Notes: generated from the letters alone by a model not told the origin. 64,000 nt of DNA from an uncultured delta proteobacterium (GCA_963711565.1 CAVQEQ010000003.1:256001-320000); one strand, 5' to 3'. Counted from the stretch's first letter, positions 10,201-19,798 are shown. Made by a program: numbers and translations.

Positions 10201-12747
10201 CGTTTCACCGGCGAGCCAAAGAGTTTTGGCTATGTTACGCGCCGAAACTCTTGGTTCGTCGCCCAAGACCGTCAAAGGACGATACCCCAGAGTCTGGAAA
10301 GCCTTGACGGTTTTTTCAGCGTATGCGGCCTGCGATGTTTCGACGATGATGTAGCACGCGGCTGGCAAACCAGATGCACTCGTTAGTAATGAATCGACGA
10401 ACTGCAGAATCGGAGCTTGCAGTTCGGCTAACCAACCACGACGGCGAGCGACTGCAGCGGCAAATGATACGACCCGCCATCGTGTGTGGTCGGGCAGTAT
10501 CCAATTTCCCATCTGGGATCTCCATTGCGTCAGAAGACCAATGGCTGCCGATACTTCGACCAATGGCTGCAGCGGAAACTCAATAATGTCGCCCTTCGCA
10601 ATAAGACCTAGCCACGCGAAACAGGTTAATGCCTCTTCTGCAAGGAGGTATTTGTTAGCACCGCTGATTGACGCTGCTGCGTCCTGAAGACTCGCTTTTG
10701 CTTCATCCACTGTCATGCGCGAGGCCCCGATTGCCTTGTATGCGAGCACCGCCAGGAGCTCGGCTTTCGCCTCCGGGGTCGGAAGCATTGAGTCGAAGTG
10801 TCCGAAAGTCGAAGGTTTATCGTCTCGCTTGTGCCACCCTCCCAAACGCTCAAGAAGCAGCTCGTAGAGCAGGTCCCCCAACGTCAGTGATTTATTTGAG
10901 GAGGATTCACGAATACGCGGATAGACCAGGCGAATGGTAAGTGGTGAGTTCGCGAGTGCGTCAAGCGCCGGCATTTCCTTGAGCGCTTGCAACAAAGTTG
11001 CCGCCTTCTCGCCAGCTTGGGCGGGAGCTGCTCCATCGGCGACCATTTCCTCGGCGATCAACTGCTGCTTCGCATCGTCGCCCAGTGGCACTGTGTGGAC
11101 CACTAGCCAGTCAGTGTATGAAACACCGGTCATCTCGATCGGGCGTGCGGTAGCTGCGACCTGGATTGTGGGCCAGTGCTCAGGCAGAGTACCCGCTTCG
11201 CGCAGGACGCGGGCAGCAGCCTCTGGGGCTAATTCATCTAAACCATCGAGTACGAGCAGCACCTCGATCTGGTGCTCAAGCAGAGAATCAAGCTCAACTC
11301 CTTGAACGTTCGGGACCGCTTGCGTGGCAACGTAGTCATTGATGCTCTGCAATAGCTCCCGCTGTGTAAACTGGCTTTGTAGTCGTAAGATTTTCGCGGG
11401 AATAAAGGCCGCAATCGCAGTCTCGGACTGGTCAATAGTCTCGATGACCAATTGCGCGCCCAAGGTACTCTTCCCGGCGCCGAGATCACCAACGAGGAGG
11501 GTACGACGCCCTCTGCGCGTTGCTTCGTAAAAAGGGATTATCTGTTCAGTTCCATCCGGTCTGACGAATCGCCCCTCCGGATCGAACTGTTGGCGTTGCG
11601 CGCTGACGCGCACGGAGACTTCGCGCGGCACGAGTCGAGGAAGTCGGCCCATGGGTCGCAAGAGTCGCGACTTTTGTTCCAAAATTCTCGAGGCATGGGC
11701 TCGAAGAGCAGTGCGAAGCGCAGCCGCGGTGAATTGTGGTTTTGCGAGGGCCGCGGGTCCTTCAGTTTTTTTTTCCGATCCCAGTGGGAGGCTAACAGCC
11801 TCGTTCGATTTCCATTTGTTTTCGGCGGAGCGTGGGTCGAATTCGAACGATCGATAGATGATCCTCTCGCGACTGATTTGCAGTAGACGAAACGAATTGA
11901 AGTGCGATGCCTTGGCGTACGCAGAGCCACCCGCAAAGTGGTATGCGCTCTCTGCGATGCGATTGGAGGGACGCACTTCGGCATGCGTATGACCGGTCAG
12001 GATAACGTGGGAGCGTTGAGCCAGATAGTCGACTGTATTGGGCCGGGAGCTTGAAGCTCGCTGCTCATCAGGATGCAGCCATTCAGGTGGGTGGTGCATG
12101 AGAGCGACGGTAACGGGTCCTTTACCGTCGAAGGAAACCAGTGAAAGCTGGTCGTGTGCCTCCAGGTACTTAAGGTGAGGCCGCCCTAGCCAAAGTCTGT
12201 CCTTGTCGTCGTCGTCTTTTGCAAACCATGCAGAATTGAGTGTTACAAATCGCAGGTCGCGGATGGTTCGTTCGCCGACAAGATATGATTCGTCGTTCCC
12301 AAGTTTGGATGGAGGCAGGCCGAGTTCTTTACAAAATTCGCTGTATCCCGAAAACGACTGAAGGTACTGTTCTGCCAGGGGTGGCTCCAGAACTTCGTCT
12401 GCTTCTGCGGAAGTTGGAGGCCGGGCGATCTTGCGGGCTTGTTCGCGAATGATGTCGTGGTTGCCAGGGCAGGCGACGAATTGACTGTAGTCTAGACCAG
12501 AACATTCGATAAGTCGGTTAAGCCACAGCTTTGCCTCGGTGTAGTCAGATGGGGCACCGCGCCATCCTACGTCACCGGTTAGGCAGATGATCGATGGTTT
12601 CCACGGTGGCTGCAGTCTTGAAATTTCACCAAGCAACGACTCCAGACAGACTGTTCGGTCGGCCTTTTGGCTCGAATTATTTCCCTCCCACCCGAAATGA
12701 ATGTCGGTGATGTGAAGGATCGTTTCCGTCACGCTCACGGTCCGCAC
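7222..12747 (-). CDS. Calcineurin-like metallophosphoesterase + NACHT (STAND) NTPase + long helical C-terminal sensor; NLR-like defence protein
   Basis: HITDIHFG, TGDVG, GNHD, HHP, GHTH phosphoesterase motifs; Walker A GDLGAGKST; Walker B LLVLDGLDE; 1841 aa. Confidence 0.88.
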   Translation of the reverse strand: MRTVSVTETILHITDIHFGWEGNNSSQKADRTVCLESLLGEISRLQPPWKPSIICLTGDVGWRGAPSDYTEAKLWLNRLIECSGLDYSQFVACPGNHDIIREQARKIARPPTSAEADEVLEPPLAEQYLQSFSGYSEFCKELGLPPSKLGNDESYLVGERTIRDLRFVTLNSAWFAKDDDDKDRLWLGRPHLKYLEAHDQLSLVSFDGKGPVTVALMHHPPEWLHPDEQRASSSRPNTVDYLAQRSHVILTGHTHAEVRPSNRIAESAYHFAGGSAYAKASHFNSFRLLQISRERIIYRSFEFDPRSAENKWKSNEAVSLPLGSEKKTEGPAALAKPQFTAAALRTALRAHASRILEQKSRLLRPMGRLPRLVPREVSVRVSAQRQQFDPEGRFVRPDGTEQIIPFYEATRRGRRTLLVGDLGAGKSTLGAQLVIETIDQSETAIAAFIPAKILRLQSQFTQRELLQSINDYVATQAVPNVQGVELDSLLEHQIEVLLVLDGLDELAPEAAARVLREAGTLPEHWPTIQVAATARPIEMTGVSYTDWLVVHTVPLGDDAKQQLIAEEMVADGAAPAQAGEKAATLLQALKEMPALDALANSPLTIRLVYPRIRESSSNKSLTLGDLLYELLLERLGGWHKRDDKPSTFGHFDSMLPTPEAKAELLAVLAYKAIGASRMTVDEAKASLQDAAASISGANKYLLAEEALTCFAWLGLIAKGDIIEFPLQPLVEVSAAIGLLTQWRSQMGNWILPDHTRWRVVSFAAAVARRRGWLAELQAPILQFVDSLLTSASGLPAACYIIVETSQAAYAEKTVKAFQTLGYRPLTVLGDEPRVSARNIAKTLWLAGETGFEWLFSQYLDPRYPLVFAGSGVIRDVLEEWAALSRGQLTEAQKQQLTTLVKPYLATGEGQFFGVLRLLAVLVPQAFELADRFWYQSHALESPPFGDWVAEEFSILRQGGENQPLLNNVLQYRAAESERAGLLWLQLNPGLELPVSLIRSAFRSLVNRRSLSVAKQFFSGCSERLSEKRWSYFARWMLSTVDASAAGAATVLYEGGERRLSILGDVLIRAMHDGGYMVEAEKTLAALVTDNGDQGVRWLASRISGSYDSFGAHSGCWRVLLNHIGQLNDGPEVLAGCARNMGPFTLPRYPEVREAFLHLLNGSRGLDFRKALRTQLHSLDPKTRRGAALILVATDPGNEAEALFVAIRARAGRRSDFDGREWELFCLTLNFTPSVLSSLKSQLQFLDIHSRVLALVLLLKGGLEIDPAYRAELESSLLAPGNWYLARDPVGQAVLGEKDSIVRLIAQLDHPSSESAEQAASHLFDLHRGQLSPKIEAKCIAIKTKPGRPWELSNLMVRIARDPEFALALKEASEEIRNQGAPAPFLELILRANSEPSAWKDVVWAMFCDDTRFSTGSSEADANGGVLLEYGLEVKEHSGAIGEAAIECLNDPRMKRNRWTDAYQWLAVIGSEFAGLNTNSIRDALRHGQPITCSAAAALIARLGQVPEGFAVHHGMRQRPPTFAGVIQRETDMDRSLGKLKEYSRDSDELHPALLASIEQSLFLPPLTDDALSHLASIGKPGALISNALRFCYGLPPKLAETLPLLDIWGRIWNQQASRPHLQQLLRLWMIVRESPIGDNDQAADEYLLSLDQKLVEGEIWKLPLASEILRIRGFLSKSQVKPIFLAYAAHASFLHEMLFDQLTTWLITELDKELRDAVIDAALEVLVILNEEPWDSSDGSPPNTWAYLLFPSIQWALKGESSAASEAVFLRGLRFSFERVPRPEQTLATDATHLISRLGRLLRKAPREILGATILAGLAAAEPTVRAYCSLIQSFAELSHN

Positions 12748-12835
12748 CTCTTAGGAACCGATGCTCTGGTACTTGTCGAAGTGTTCCAGATTATCTCGTT
12801 GGTGGTGATAAAGAACATCGCTCCAGCTTTTTTCG

Positions 12836-13768
12836 TCAGATTGTGCAGGCGGACATCTGTTCGGCTAGTTCTTTCAGCGTACCCAGGCACGCGGCAAAGT
12901 CTACGCGGTCGCCATAGACCATGTCTCGCTGAAATTTCTCGTATCGCTGACTGTAGGTTGGATCGCTCGCCAGGCCATCAACGGCTCGGAGCGTCTCGGC
13001 CATCGGGTTCGCTCGATACGCCGGGAATTGATTCCCGTAAGCTTCGGCGTCAGCCAGCATGATTGGATTCAGCAAGGAGGCGAACTCGACCCGGTCATAG
13101 CGGTCGCGGGCAACGTGCAGGTCGTAAATGTGGCGCACGAGCGTATCGTCGCGTTCAAGGTCGGGATCTGCGAGTTCGGCGCCGGCACGCCGGGTCAAGG
13201 CGACGAATTTATCCGCTGCTGTCTCGACGATTGAGACGCATGAAATATTGGCGATCTCGGGAGGACGCTGGAAAGCCTCTGCCACGAAGGAACTGACTGG
13301 CAGAGCGATCGCCTGCATTCGAAGCGGCCAAAGCGATACTTCGATCTGGATTTCTGGGCGCAGAGCTCCCTCTCCGCGTAAAAGCGGCTCATAGGGCAAG
13401 CGGTAAATCGTGTAGCGGCTTTCGTTCCGGGATGCCCTGTGTGCTGGATCGTTCGGATCGAAGCGGAACCCCGCTGCCAGAAGCGCTTCGGTGATTGTTT
13501 CCCGCAATCCGCGCAATGCCGGGCGTGTCGGTTCAGGGTCGGAGACAATTCTCAAATCGATGTCTTCCGACATCCGGCGGATTATTCGATGAGCCCGGCT
13601 TAATGATGTGCCGCCGCCGAAGACCAAACGGAGCGGTGTTGTGTCAATCGCTATTATCGCGGCGAGCGCCTGGACGACGCGGAAGTCTTTTTCCACGAGT
13701 GCCGCGCTTGGCAATCCGAAATGCTGCTGGACTTCCAGCAGATCCCGCAGCGTGATTTCATCGCTCAA
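12836..13768 (-). CDS. abiEii: AbiEii/AbiGii-family nucleotidyltransferase toxin (type IV TA)
   Basis: VEKD, FGGGTSLS, RMSEDIDL, K..A, RHIYDL motifs. Confidence 0.92.
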   Translation of the reverse strand: MSDEITLRDLLEVQQHFGLPSAALVEKDFRVVQALAAIIAIDTTPLRLVFGGGTSLSRAHRIIRRMSEDIDLRIVSDPEPTRPALRGLRETITEALLAAGFRFDPNDPAHRASRNESRYTIYRLPYEPLLRGEGALRPEIQIEVSLWPLRMQAIALPVSSFVAEAFQRPPEIANISCVSIVETAADKFVALTRRAGAELADPDLERDDTLVRHIYDLHVARDRYDRVEFASLLNPIMLADAEAYGNQFPAYRANPMAETLRAVDGLASDPTYSQRYEKFQRDMVYGDRVDFAACLGTLKELAEQMSACTI

Positions 13769-14171
13769 GGATTAGCTCCGTGTTCCCGTCCCGGAGCTGG
13801 CGCGAGAAACGCCCTTTCACGCGGACAACAGGGTTGACCGGCACCTGGGTTGATCGACCTTCGTTATAAGCGCGCTCGGCTTCGGTCGGTTCCCACGCGA
13901 CGCCAAGCTTGGTGAGTGCCTGACGTGCTGCGCCGATGAAGCCGCCTTGACTGTAGAGAATTGGCTTGCCCGAGAGCCGCGAAATGGTCGCGCGCCCGTA
14001 GACGCCGTAACCGAGGCGGACGAGCCGTTTTTCGCGCACGAGAGTACGAAGGGCGCGCAGAACCTGGTCTTCGCCACCGAGATCGTCGAACTCGCGAGTC
14101 AGGAACACGTCGTCGCGTTTTCGAGCGATCCGTGTCTCCACTCTGTTCAGCAATGTCTTGCGCTGTGCCAT
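13758..14171 (-). CDS. Type IV TA antitoxin (AbiEi/DUF6088-like winged helix)
   Basis: VLRALRTLVREKRLVRLGYGVY wHTH; STQVP motif; overlaps the toxin start. Confidence 0.85.
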   Translation of the reverse strand: MAQRKTLLNRVETRIARKRDDVFLTREFDDLGGEDQVLRALRTLVREKRLVRLGYGVYGRATISRLSGKPILYSQGGFIGAARQALTKLGVAWEPTEAERAYNEGRSTQVPVNPVVRVKGRFSRQLRDGNTELILER

Positions 14172-14183
14172 GATGTTCCTCTA

Positions 14184-14220
14184 CAAAAACCCGACACTCA
14201 TCATACGCAAAAACCCGACA
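14184..14220. promoter_or_regulatory. Direct repeat CAAAAACCCGACA x2, putative antitoxin operator
   Basis: Identical 13-mers at 14184-14196 and 14208-14220 just upstream of the antitoxin start. Confidence 0.55.
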
Positions 14221-14626
14221 ATTTGCAAGTCTTTGTTTGATAAATTCCTCTGGATCTATCGGCCTTTTCCCCTCGTCGGGTTGCAACCATCACGCATGCT
14301 AAAGCACATCATCATTCATGGTCCGGCGCCCGTGCAGGCGAGGAGCCCGGAAAATTTATTTCTAAAGCTTAACGATTTTTTAAGCTTTGTTCCGTATTTG
14401 TAATAAGCACTGGTTGTAGTTCCGTAACATTGATTGGAGTTGGTGATGGAAACGAGGTTGGTTCTGAGCACGGTGAGTGGAGCGTTTTTTTCCTGGATGA
14501 CTGCCTATGTGATCCGGGATGAGGAAGAAGAGATTGAATCGGTGATCCCGATGGCGCTGGTGGTTTGCTTGTCGAAGCGCGAGCGCCCTGGTCGCGATTT
14601 TGGTCGGCAGTCCTAGGAGAAAATCA

Positions 14627-14824
14627 ATGGAAAAGGCGGAATTTGAAAAGGCGCTTAAGAGCGTCTCAGAGTACGGCTGCGCCGAGAATGTTGATTGGCT
14701 GTTCGATCAGTTCGGGACGGTGGTATCGCGGCAGGGTTTGGATGATGCGGTGTGTGCGGCGGAGCGGGGAGGTCACCGGCAAGTGGTGCAAACGCTGCGG
14801 GCGCGTGGTTGTGTGTTGTCGTGA
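14627..14824 (+). CDS. Small ankyrin-like protein (65 aa)
   Basis: AGGAG RBS; AAERGGHRQVVQTLRARG resembles the ankyrin AA..GH..VV..L...G pattern. Confidence 0.55.
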   Translation: MEKAEFEKALKSVSEYGCAENVDWLFDQFGTVVSRQGLDDAVCAAERGGHRQVVQTLRARGCVLS

Positions 14825-14834
14825 GGGCGTGTCG

Positions 14835-15191
14835 TCATGATGTGGGCTTGGCGGCGAGTGACTTGCGGCGCTCGTCGTGTGAGCCGTCACGATATCCGCG
14901 CCGGTAGTCCTCTGAGCCTGGAGGCAACAGGCTCTGGACCGCCCGGAGCGGCTTCTCGGCTGCGGCACGGTGGGCAGCGCTCTTGATGCCGGCAACGGCG
15001 ATCTTGGCCCTGCGTGCGGCCTCTGCAATGCCCTCCCGACGACCTTCGGCTTTTTCGCTCGCGGCCCATGCGGTGATGCGCTGTTGCAGCCGGTGGGCGT
15101 CTCCCTGAGAGATGCGCCCGATGTCATGCAGGCCCTGGGCAATCTCGTGCGGGGACAGGAGCGGTTCTGGCTGCGGCTGCGGGCGTGTCAT
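14835..15191 (-). CDS. Hypothetical protein
   Basis: 118-aa ORF with GAGG RBS. Confidence 0.5.
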   Translation of the reverse strand: MTRPQPQPEPLLSPHEIAQGLHDIGRISQGDAHRLQQRITAWAASEKAEGRREGIAEAARRAKIAVAGIKSAAHRAAAEKPLRAVQSLLPPGSEDYRRGYRDGSHDERRKSLAAKPTS

Positions 15192-15459
15192 GCCTCGGAT
15201 GGTAGCTCATCGGAGTGAAAGCTTGGTTAAAACGGACGTGGGGCCTTGGCTTTACGCGGCCGTTTGGAGTGGTGGAATTTCGACTCGGTGAGTTCGCGTG
15301 CGATCAAACGCCAGAGTGTCCTCAATTTCGACGGCAGGTTGGAGGCCGTCAAGAGCCAGCCAACCTGCCGGAACAGGGACAGGAGTCGCGGCTTGAGCAA
15401 CTGATATTTGCGGGGGGTTGGTTTCGTTCGCCCTGGCTGTCCCGCGACGCCGGGGCGGC

Positions 15460-17448
15460 CTATCGTTCCCGGTCGCGCTTTCGCTGGAGTTCGCGCTCGC
15501 GTTCCTGCTGCTTTTGGCGCTCGGTGTTTTTCTCGCTTTCGCGCTCCTTCGCTTTGGCCGCTTCGTCCTGTTGTTTGATGAGTGCGTCTAACGGGTCTGC
15601 CGGGCGACCGCCTGGGTGGGGCGCGGTGGGTTCCGGCTGCGGCGCGGTGCGTTGGCGCTCGGGCTCCTTTTCCCTCTGCTCGGCTTGCAGGTCGCGGTAC
15701 TGCTGACGAAGTTTCTGGGCCTTTTGCTTGTATCCATCCTCGAAGCCGACCTTCTCGTCTTTTTCATTGAATTTGTCTTTGCCGTCGATCAGCTCGCGCA
15801 TACGGATGGATTCTTTGCTGACGAGGCGTCCGTTAACGAGTTCCCCGCTGAGTATCTCGCTCATTTTGGCGATGCGCTCGCCGGTGATCATCAGATAGTC
15901 GTAGCCTTCGATCAGCTTTCTGGTCTGAAGCATCTCGCGTTCTTTTGGATCGGTCGCCTTTGCAATGCTGCTGGCTAAGGTTTCCTGGTCAGCGCGGAAG
16001 GAGGCGTGTTCCGCCATCGCGGCTTTGGCGAGGCTCTCATAGGGATTGCTGAGAGTGTAGTTCTGGGCAAGGGCTTTGGCGTAGCGCGCTCCGGGGTCGC
16101 GGATATCTCCCTCAAGGTATTTTTTCTCGTCGCGATCGATGAAAGTTTGCCGATGGCGCTCGGTGGTTTCCTCCAATTGTCGAAGATGGGAGTCGATACG
16201 ATCGGGATCCGGTTTCCTTGTGTCGAATCGCTCCTGTTCTTTTTTCTGCGCGGCGATTCGTTCTTGTTCTTTGCGGAATTCCTCGGCGAGCTGGCGTTGT
16301 CTTTCGCGGAACTGGTCGCCCAGCTCCTGCAGGCGCTTGTCTTCGGCGATGGATGCCTGTTGCAGCCGGTCCTGCTCTTTGCGAGCCTGTTCTTGCCGGT
16401 CCTCTTCCAGTTTGCGCGCGTGTTCCTGGCGGTCTTCTTCCTGTTTGCGGGCCTGGTCCTGGCGCTGTTGCTCTTTGTCGTCTACCGCGACTCCGCCTTT
16501 GTTGACCGGCGATCCTGAATCCGGCATGGGAGCTGCCTCCGGTCCGGGAGCATAGGACTGCGGACGGCGTGTTTCCAGCTTGGGGCCTGGCGGCTCGGGC
16601 TCGGGACGGGTGCTTTGTTCAAAGCGTTGATATCCTTTCTCGACGGCGGCGACGATTCTCTGGATGCGCTCGACGGCGGCGATCCGGCGGTTGATGTTCG
16701 CCAGTTCGTCCTTGAGCTGTTCGCGATTGCTGTTGGCGGCTTTGCGCCGCCGGTTTTCGTCGCCGCGCTCTGTGGCGACTCCCTGATCCTCCAGGGCCTG
16801 CGCGTTCGGGCCGAGATGCGTGGTTGGCTCCCGGTCGATGCCCTGGTCTTCAAGGCTGCGATGGTCGACGCGCGTCTCAAAGCCGTACTTCTCGAGGGCG
16901 CGGTTCTGGTACTCGGCCCAACGCTCCCGCCAGTGTTCGATCAGGGCCTTCTGGTTCCAGTCCCGGTTCTTGGCGCCGAATCCGTCGCCCTCGATGATGT
17001 CGCGCATGGTCAGCAGCACATGGGCGTGGTGGTTAGTGCCATCGCCGCGTTCGGGCGGGGCGTGAATGGCAATATCGGCGATCATGCCCAAAGCGACGTA
17101 TTCGTTTTTGAAGTAGTCCCGCAGCAGCTCGACGTGCTGCTCGTGGGTCAATTCGTGAGGGAGGGAAAGTTCGAGGCTGCGGGCGAGCTGGGCCTGGTTG
17201 CGGCGGTTGCTTTGGTCCTCGCGGTGCTCGACCTCGTTCCAGAGGCGCTGACGATCGAGCATCCATTGCGAGGCATTCTCCGGAGTGAGTATCAGCGTAT
17301 TAAGGACGCCGCCGCGCCGCGAATAGTCCTTGATGTCGCCGGTGCGCTCGTCCAGTAATTTTTCGCCGGCGCGGTAGGCGGCGGCGGCGACAACGGACTG
17401 GCCGGCGGAACGGGAGATGATGGCGGCGGAGTAGCGGAATTGCGCCAT
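15460..17448 (-). CDS. mobA: MobA/MobL (MOBQ) relaxase with long charged C-terminal extension
   Basis: SVVAAAAYRAG (catalytic Tyr), LWNEVE, ELSLPHEL, IH..P...NHHAHVLLT (3H motif), RVDHRSL..QGI..PTTHLG. Confidence 0.95.
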   Translation of the reverse strand: MAQFRYSAAIISRSAGQSVVAAAAYRAGEKLLDERTGDIKDYSRRGGVLNTLILTPENASQWMLDRQRLWNEVEHREDQSNRRNQAQLARSLELSLPHELTHEQHVELLRDYFKNEYVALGMIADIAIHAPPERGDGTNHHAHVLLTMRDIIEGDGFGAKNRDWNQKALIEHWRERWAEYQNRALEKYGFETRVDHRSLEDQGIDREPTTHLGPNAQALEDQGVATERGDENRRRKAANSNREQLKDELANINRRIAAVERIQRIVAAVEKGYQRFEQSTRPEPEPPGPKLETRRPQSYAPGPEAAPMPDSGSPVNKGGVAVDDKEQQRQDQARKQEEDRQEHARKLEEDRQEQARKEQDRLQQASIAEDKRLQELGDQFRERQRQLAEEFRKEQERIAAQKKEQERFDTRKPDPDRIDSHLRQLEETTERHRQTFIDRDEKKYLEGDIRDPGARYAKALAQNYTLSNPYESLAKAAMAEHASFRADQETLASSIAKATDPKEREMLQTRKLIEGYDYLMITGERIAKMSEILSGELVNGRLVSKESIRMRELIDGKDKFNEKDEKVGFEDGYKQKAQKLRQQYRDLQAEQREKEPERQRTAPQPEPTAPHPGGRPADPLDALIKQQDEAAKAKERESEKNTERQKQQERERELQRKRDRER

Positions 17449-17719
17449 GCGTCACCCGAGGACGGCCTGTGAGCGAGCGACGGAATGCCGGGCTCGGTCC
17501 GGCAGGGAGGCACTGGCCGTGGGTGTCGGGACACGGAAGTCCCGGCGCCGGGGTGTCGGGGAGCAAGGCTCCCTGACTGCCGGTCCAGCGCGGCACGGCG
17601 CTGGCGGGATCCAACCGGCGGACGGTTGGCCTGGAGTCTTGAGGGGGGACCCCTCAAGCCGAGGGTGCACGGGGCGCGGAAGCCCCTGCCGGAGTCCAGA
17701 GGCAGAGCCTCTGGCGCAC

Positions 17720-17749
17720 ACATTGCGAAGCAATGTATAAGTGCGCCCT
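17720..17749 (+). other. oriT (MOBQ type), predicted nic between 17745 and 17746
   Basis: Inverted repeat ACATTGC-GAA-GCAATGT followed by ATAAGTGCG^CCCT, the RSF1010/Ti-type core, between divergent mobA and mobS-like genes. Confidence 0.9.
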
Positions 17750-17974
17750 TGCCTTCGGCTGCGGGACTCAGGCGGCATCCTGCCCCCCTTGTTTCCGGTG
17801 GTTTGGCCGGCGCCTCGGTCGGCTTGGCCAGTCTCCCAGATTATACGCCCGGAACCGTAAAAATTAAGAGAACTGAAAGATTACAAGCGTAAGATTGGTG
17901 GCTGCGCAATTGGTTTACGAAGTGTAAAGACCGGTCGCGCGGCAACCATATCACCAGCACAGAGGAGGCAACCC

Positions 17975-18340
17975 ATGCCAAGGACGCGCAAGACCTTCGA
18001 CGAGCGGATCGGACTTCTGAGCGGAAAAAGGAGCCAGATCGACACGCGGATCGAAACGCTGCGGAACAGACAAAATGGCCAGCGGCGAAAGCTGGACACC
18101 CGGCGCAAAATCATCGGAGGCGCCCTCGTGTTCTCCGAGGCAAGCGCCGATCCCGATTTCGCGAAGGATTTGTGCGCCCGGTTCGAGAGACGCCTCGCGC
18201 CCAAGGACAAGGGGCTTTTCGTCGAGTTGATGCAGGAGTGGCGTGGGCCGTCCGGAGGAGACGCGGCACCGCCAGCGGGTCCGGTTCGACCGGACACCAT
18301 TCGGAAGGACACCGGCCGCAACCTGTCGCACAACCGGTAA
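17975..18340 (+). CDS. MobS/TraD-like mobilisation accessory protein, paralogue 1
   Basis: RKLDTRRKIIGGALV...LAPKDKGLF; GGAGG RBS. Confidence 0.8.
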   Translation: MPRTRKTFDERIGLLSGKRSQIDTRIETLRNRQNGQRRKLDTRRKIIGGALVFSEASADPDFAKDLCARFERRLAPKDKGLFVELMQEWRGPSGGDAAPPAGPVRPDTIRKDTGRNLSHNR

Positions 18341-18465
18341 GGGCTGTCCGCCCGGCCTGTGAAGAAGCGGCGACAGTTAGCGCATTGATTCCGGAGTTCC
18401 CTGGCGCGGGTTGGCCGGTGGAGTCCGGTTCGATCGATTCAAATATTGGGGGGAGGCCTTATCCC

Positions 18466-18723
18466 TTGGCTCGCGATGACAAGATGCTTCGGCAGGTGGT
18501 CCGCTGCCTCTCGGAGCGAAAGGGAGGTCCGACCGCCCTCAAGCGCAGAGTGCGCAGGCGGCGCGAATACCTCGCAGGCAAACTGATGGAAGCGCACGCG
18601 GCGGTCGATCGGGAGTTTCGCCGGCAGATGCAGACGACCTTGGAGATGCACCTGGCGCCCAAGGACAGGTGGGTTCTCAGGGATCTCATGCAGGAGTGGG
18701 GGTGGCCGTCCCGCAGACGCTGA
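18466..18723 (+). CDS. MobS/TraD-like paralogue 2 (diverged)
   Basis: RRREYLAGKLM...DREF...LAPKDRWVLRDLMQEW aligns with paralogue 1; TTG start after GGAGG. Confidence 0.6.
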   Translation: MARDDKMLRQVVRCLSERKGGPTALKRRVRRRREYLAGKLMEAHAAVDREFRRQMQTTLEMHLAPKDRWVLRDLMQEWGWPSRRR

Positions 18724-18888
18724 GCCGGCCGCGTGCGGTTATTTCCCGGACCAAGGGGAGCGCACGGCGTGTTTGATCTAAGCCCGCGGGTTGACTAACT
18801 GTTGACCGAACCGGTGCGGGCGGATTGCACGATTGACCCCGAAGCCGGCGGGAGTGCGCTCGAAGACTATCCGGGAGGGCCGGAACCA

Positions 18889-19269
18889 ATGCCGAAAACG
18901 CGGAGGACACTGGACGAGCAGCTCGAGGCGCTGAAGCAGAAAAAGGAAGCGATCGAAAAACAGCTCAACGCAGTCGAAACGCGCAAGAAGGAAACCGACC
19001 GCAAGCTTGAGACGCGACGCAAGATCATCGTCGGGGGCGCCCTTCTTGCGCATGCGGAAATCGATCCGGATTTCCGCGCGGCGATGCAGGCGGCCTTGCA
19101 GAAGGCGGTTGCGCCCAAGGACCGGGCTCTCGTGGCCGATCTGATTCGCTCGGGGGTCGCCGATGCCTCGGCGGCGAAAGAGACCGCGCCTCCAGTCCCC
19201 GCGCGATCGACACGCCCCGCTCCCCAGCCTCCTGGAAGCACGCCACCCGCACCGGGACAAACCGGCTGA
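18889..19269 (+). CDS. MobS/TraD-like paralogue 3
   Basis: MPKTRRT...RKLETRRKIIVGGALL...DPDF...APKDRALV. Confidence 0.85.
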   Translation: MPKTRRTLDEQLEALKQKKEAIEKQLNAVETRKKETDRKLETRRKIIVGGALLAHAEIDPDFRAAMQAALQKAVAPKDRALVADLIRSGVADASAAKETAPPVPARSTRPAPQPPGSTPPAPGQTG

Positions 19270-19308
19270 TCTTGTATGTATTACTTTTATGTCTGATCGC
19301 TTTGATCT

Positions 19309-19764
19309 ATGTCCGAGCAAATAGTCGCGCGGCCGCAGCGGTTCGTCCCTCCACTTCCGGCGGGCATTCCGATTCTGCCGGGGCAGGTCGCCGCAAGGCG
19401 ATTGCCGAGAGGCCGTATCATACTTCTCGTGCTTGCGGGGTTGGTTGCGCTGATCTGGTTCAACAGCTGGCGTTCCGGTTCCAACGACGACCAGCGGATC
19501 AACGCGGTCGTGACCCAGGCGATGCTCGCGCGTGTATCGAAGCGAACCCGCCTTCCGGTCACGCTCCGGAGCGGGCCGCGTATGCTTCAGATCGAATACG
19601 CCATCGTCCAGTATCCGGCGACACCGATCGGCGGCATGCCTGGGGGCGCTCCGACAACCTGCGCCATGGTCACCGTGCTCGACCCGAAGACGGGAGCGAA
19701 AGACCCGGACTATCCTTACGGAAACATGACCTGCATTGAGGGACTGTCGTACCGGATTCACTGA
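19309..19764 (+). CDS. Single-pass membrane protein, hypothetical
   Basis: Hydrophobic IILLVLAGLVALIWF segment; 151 aa. Confidence 0.65.
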   Translation: MSEQIVARPQRFVPPLPAGIPILPGQVAARRLPRGRIILLVLAGLVALIWFNSWRSGSNDDQRINAVVTQAMLARVSKRTRLPVTLRSGPRMLQIEYAIVQYPATPIGGMPGGAPTTCAMVTVLDPKTGAKDPDYPYGNMTCIEGLSYRIH

Positions 19765-19798
19765 AAAAGTTTGCACGCTCGCGTCAGGAGGCGTGTTT

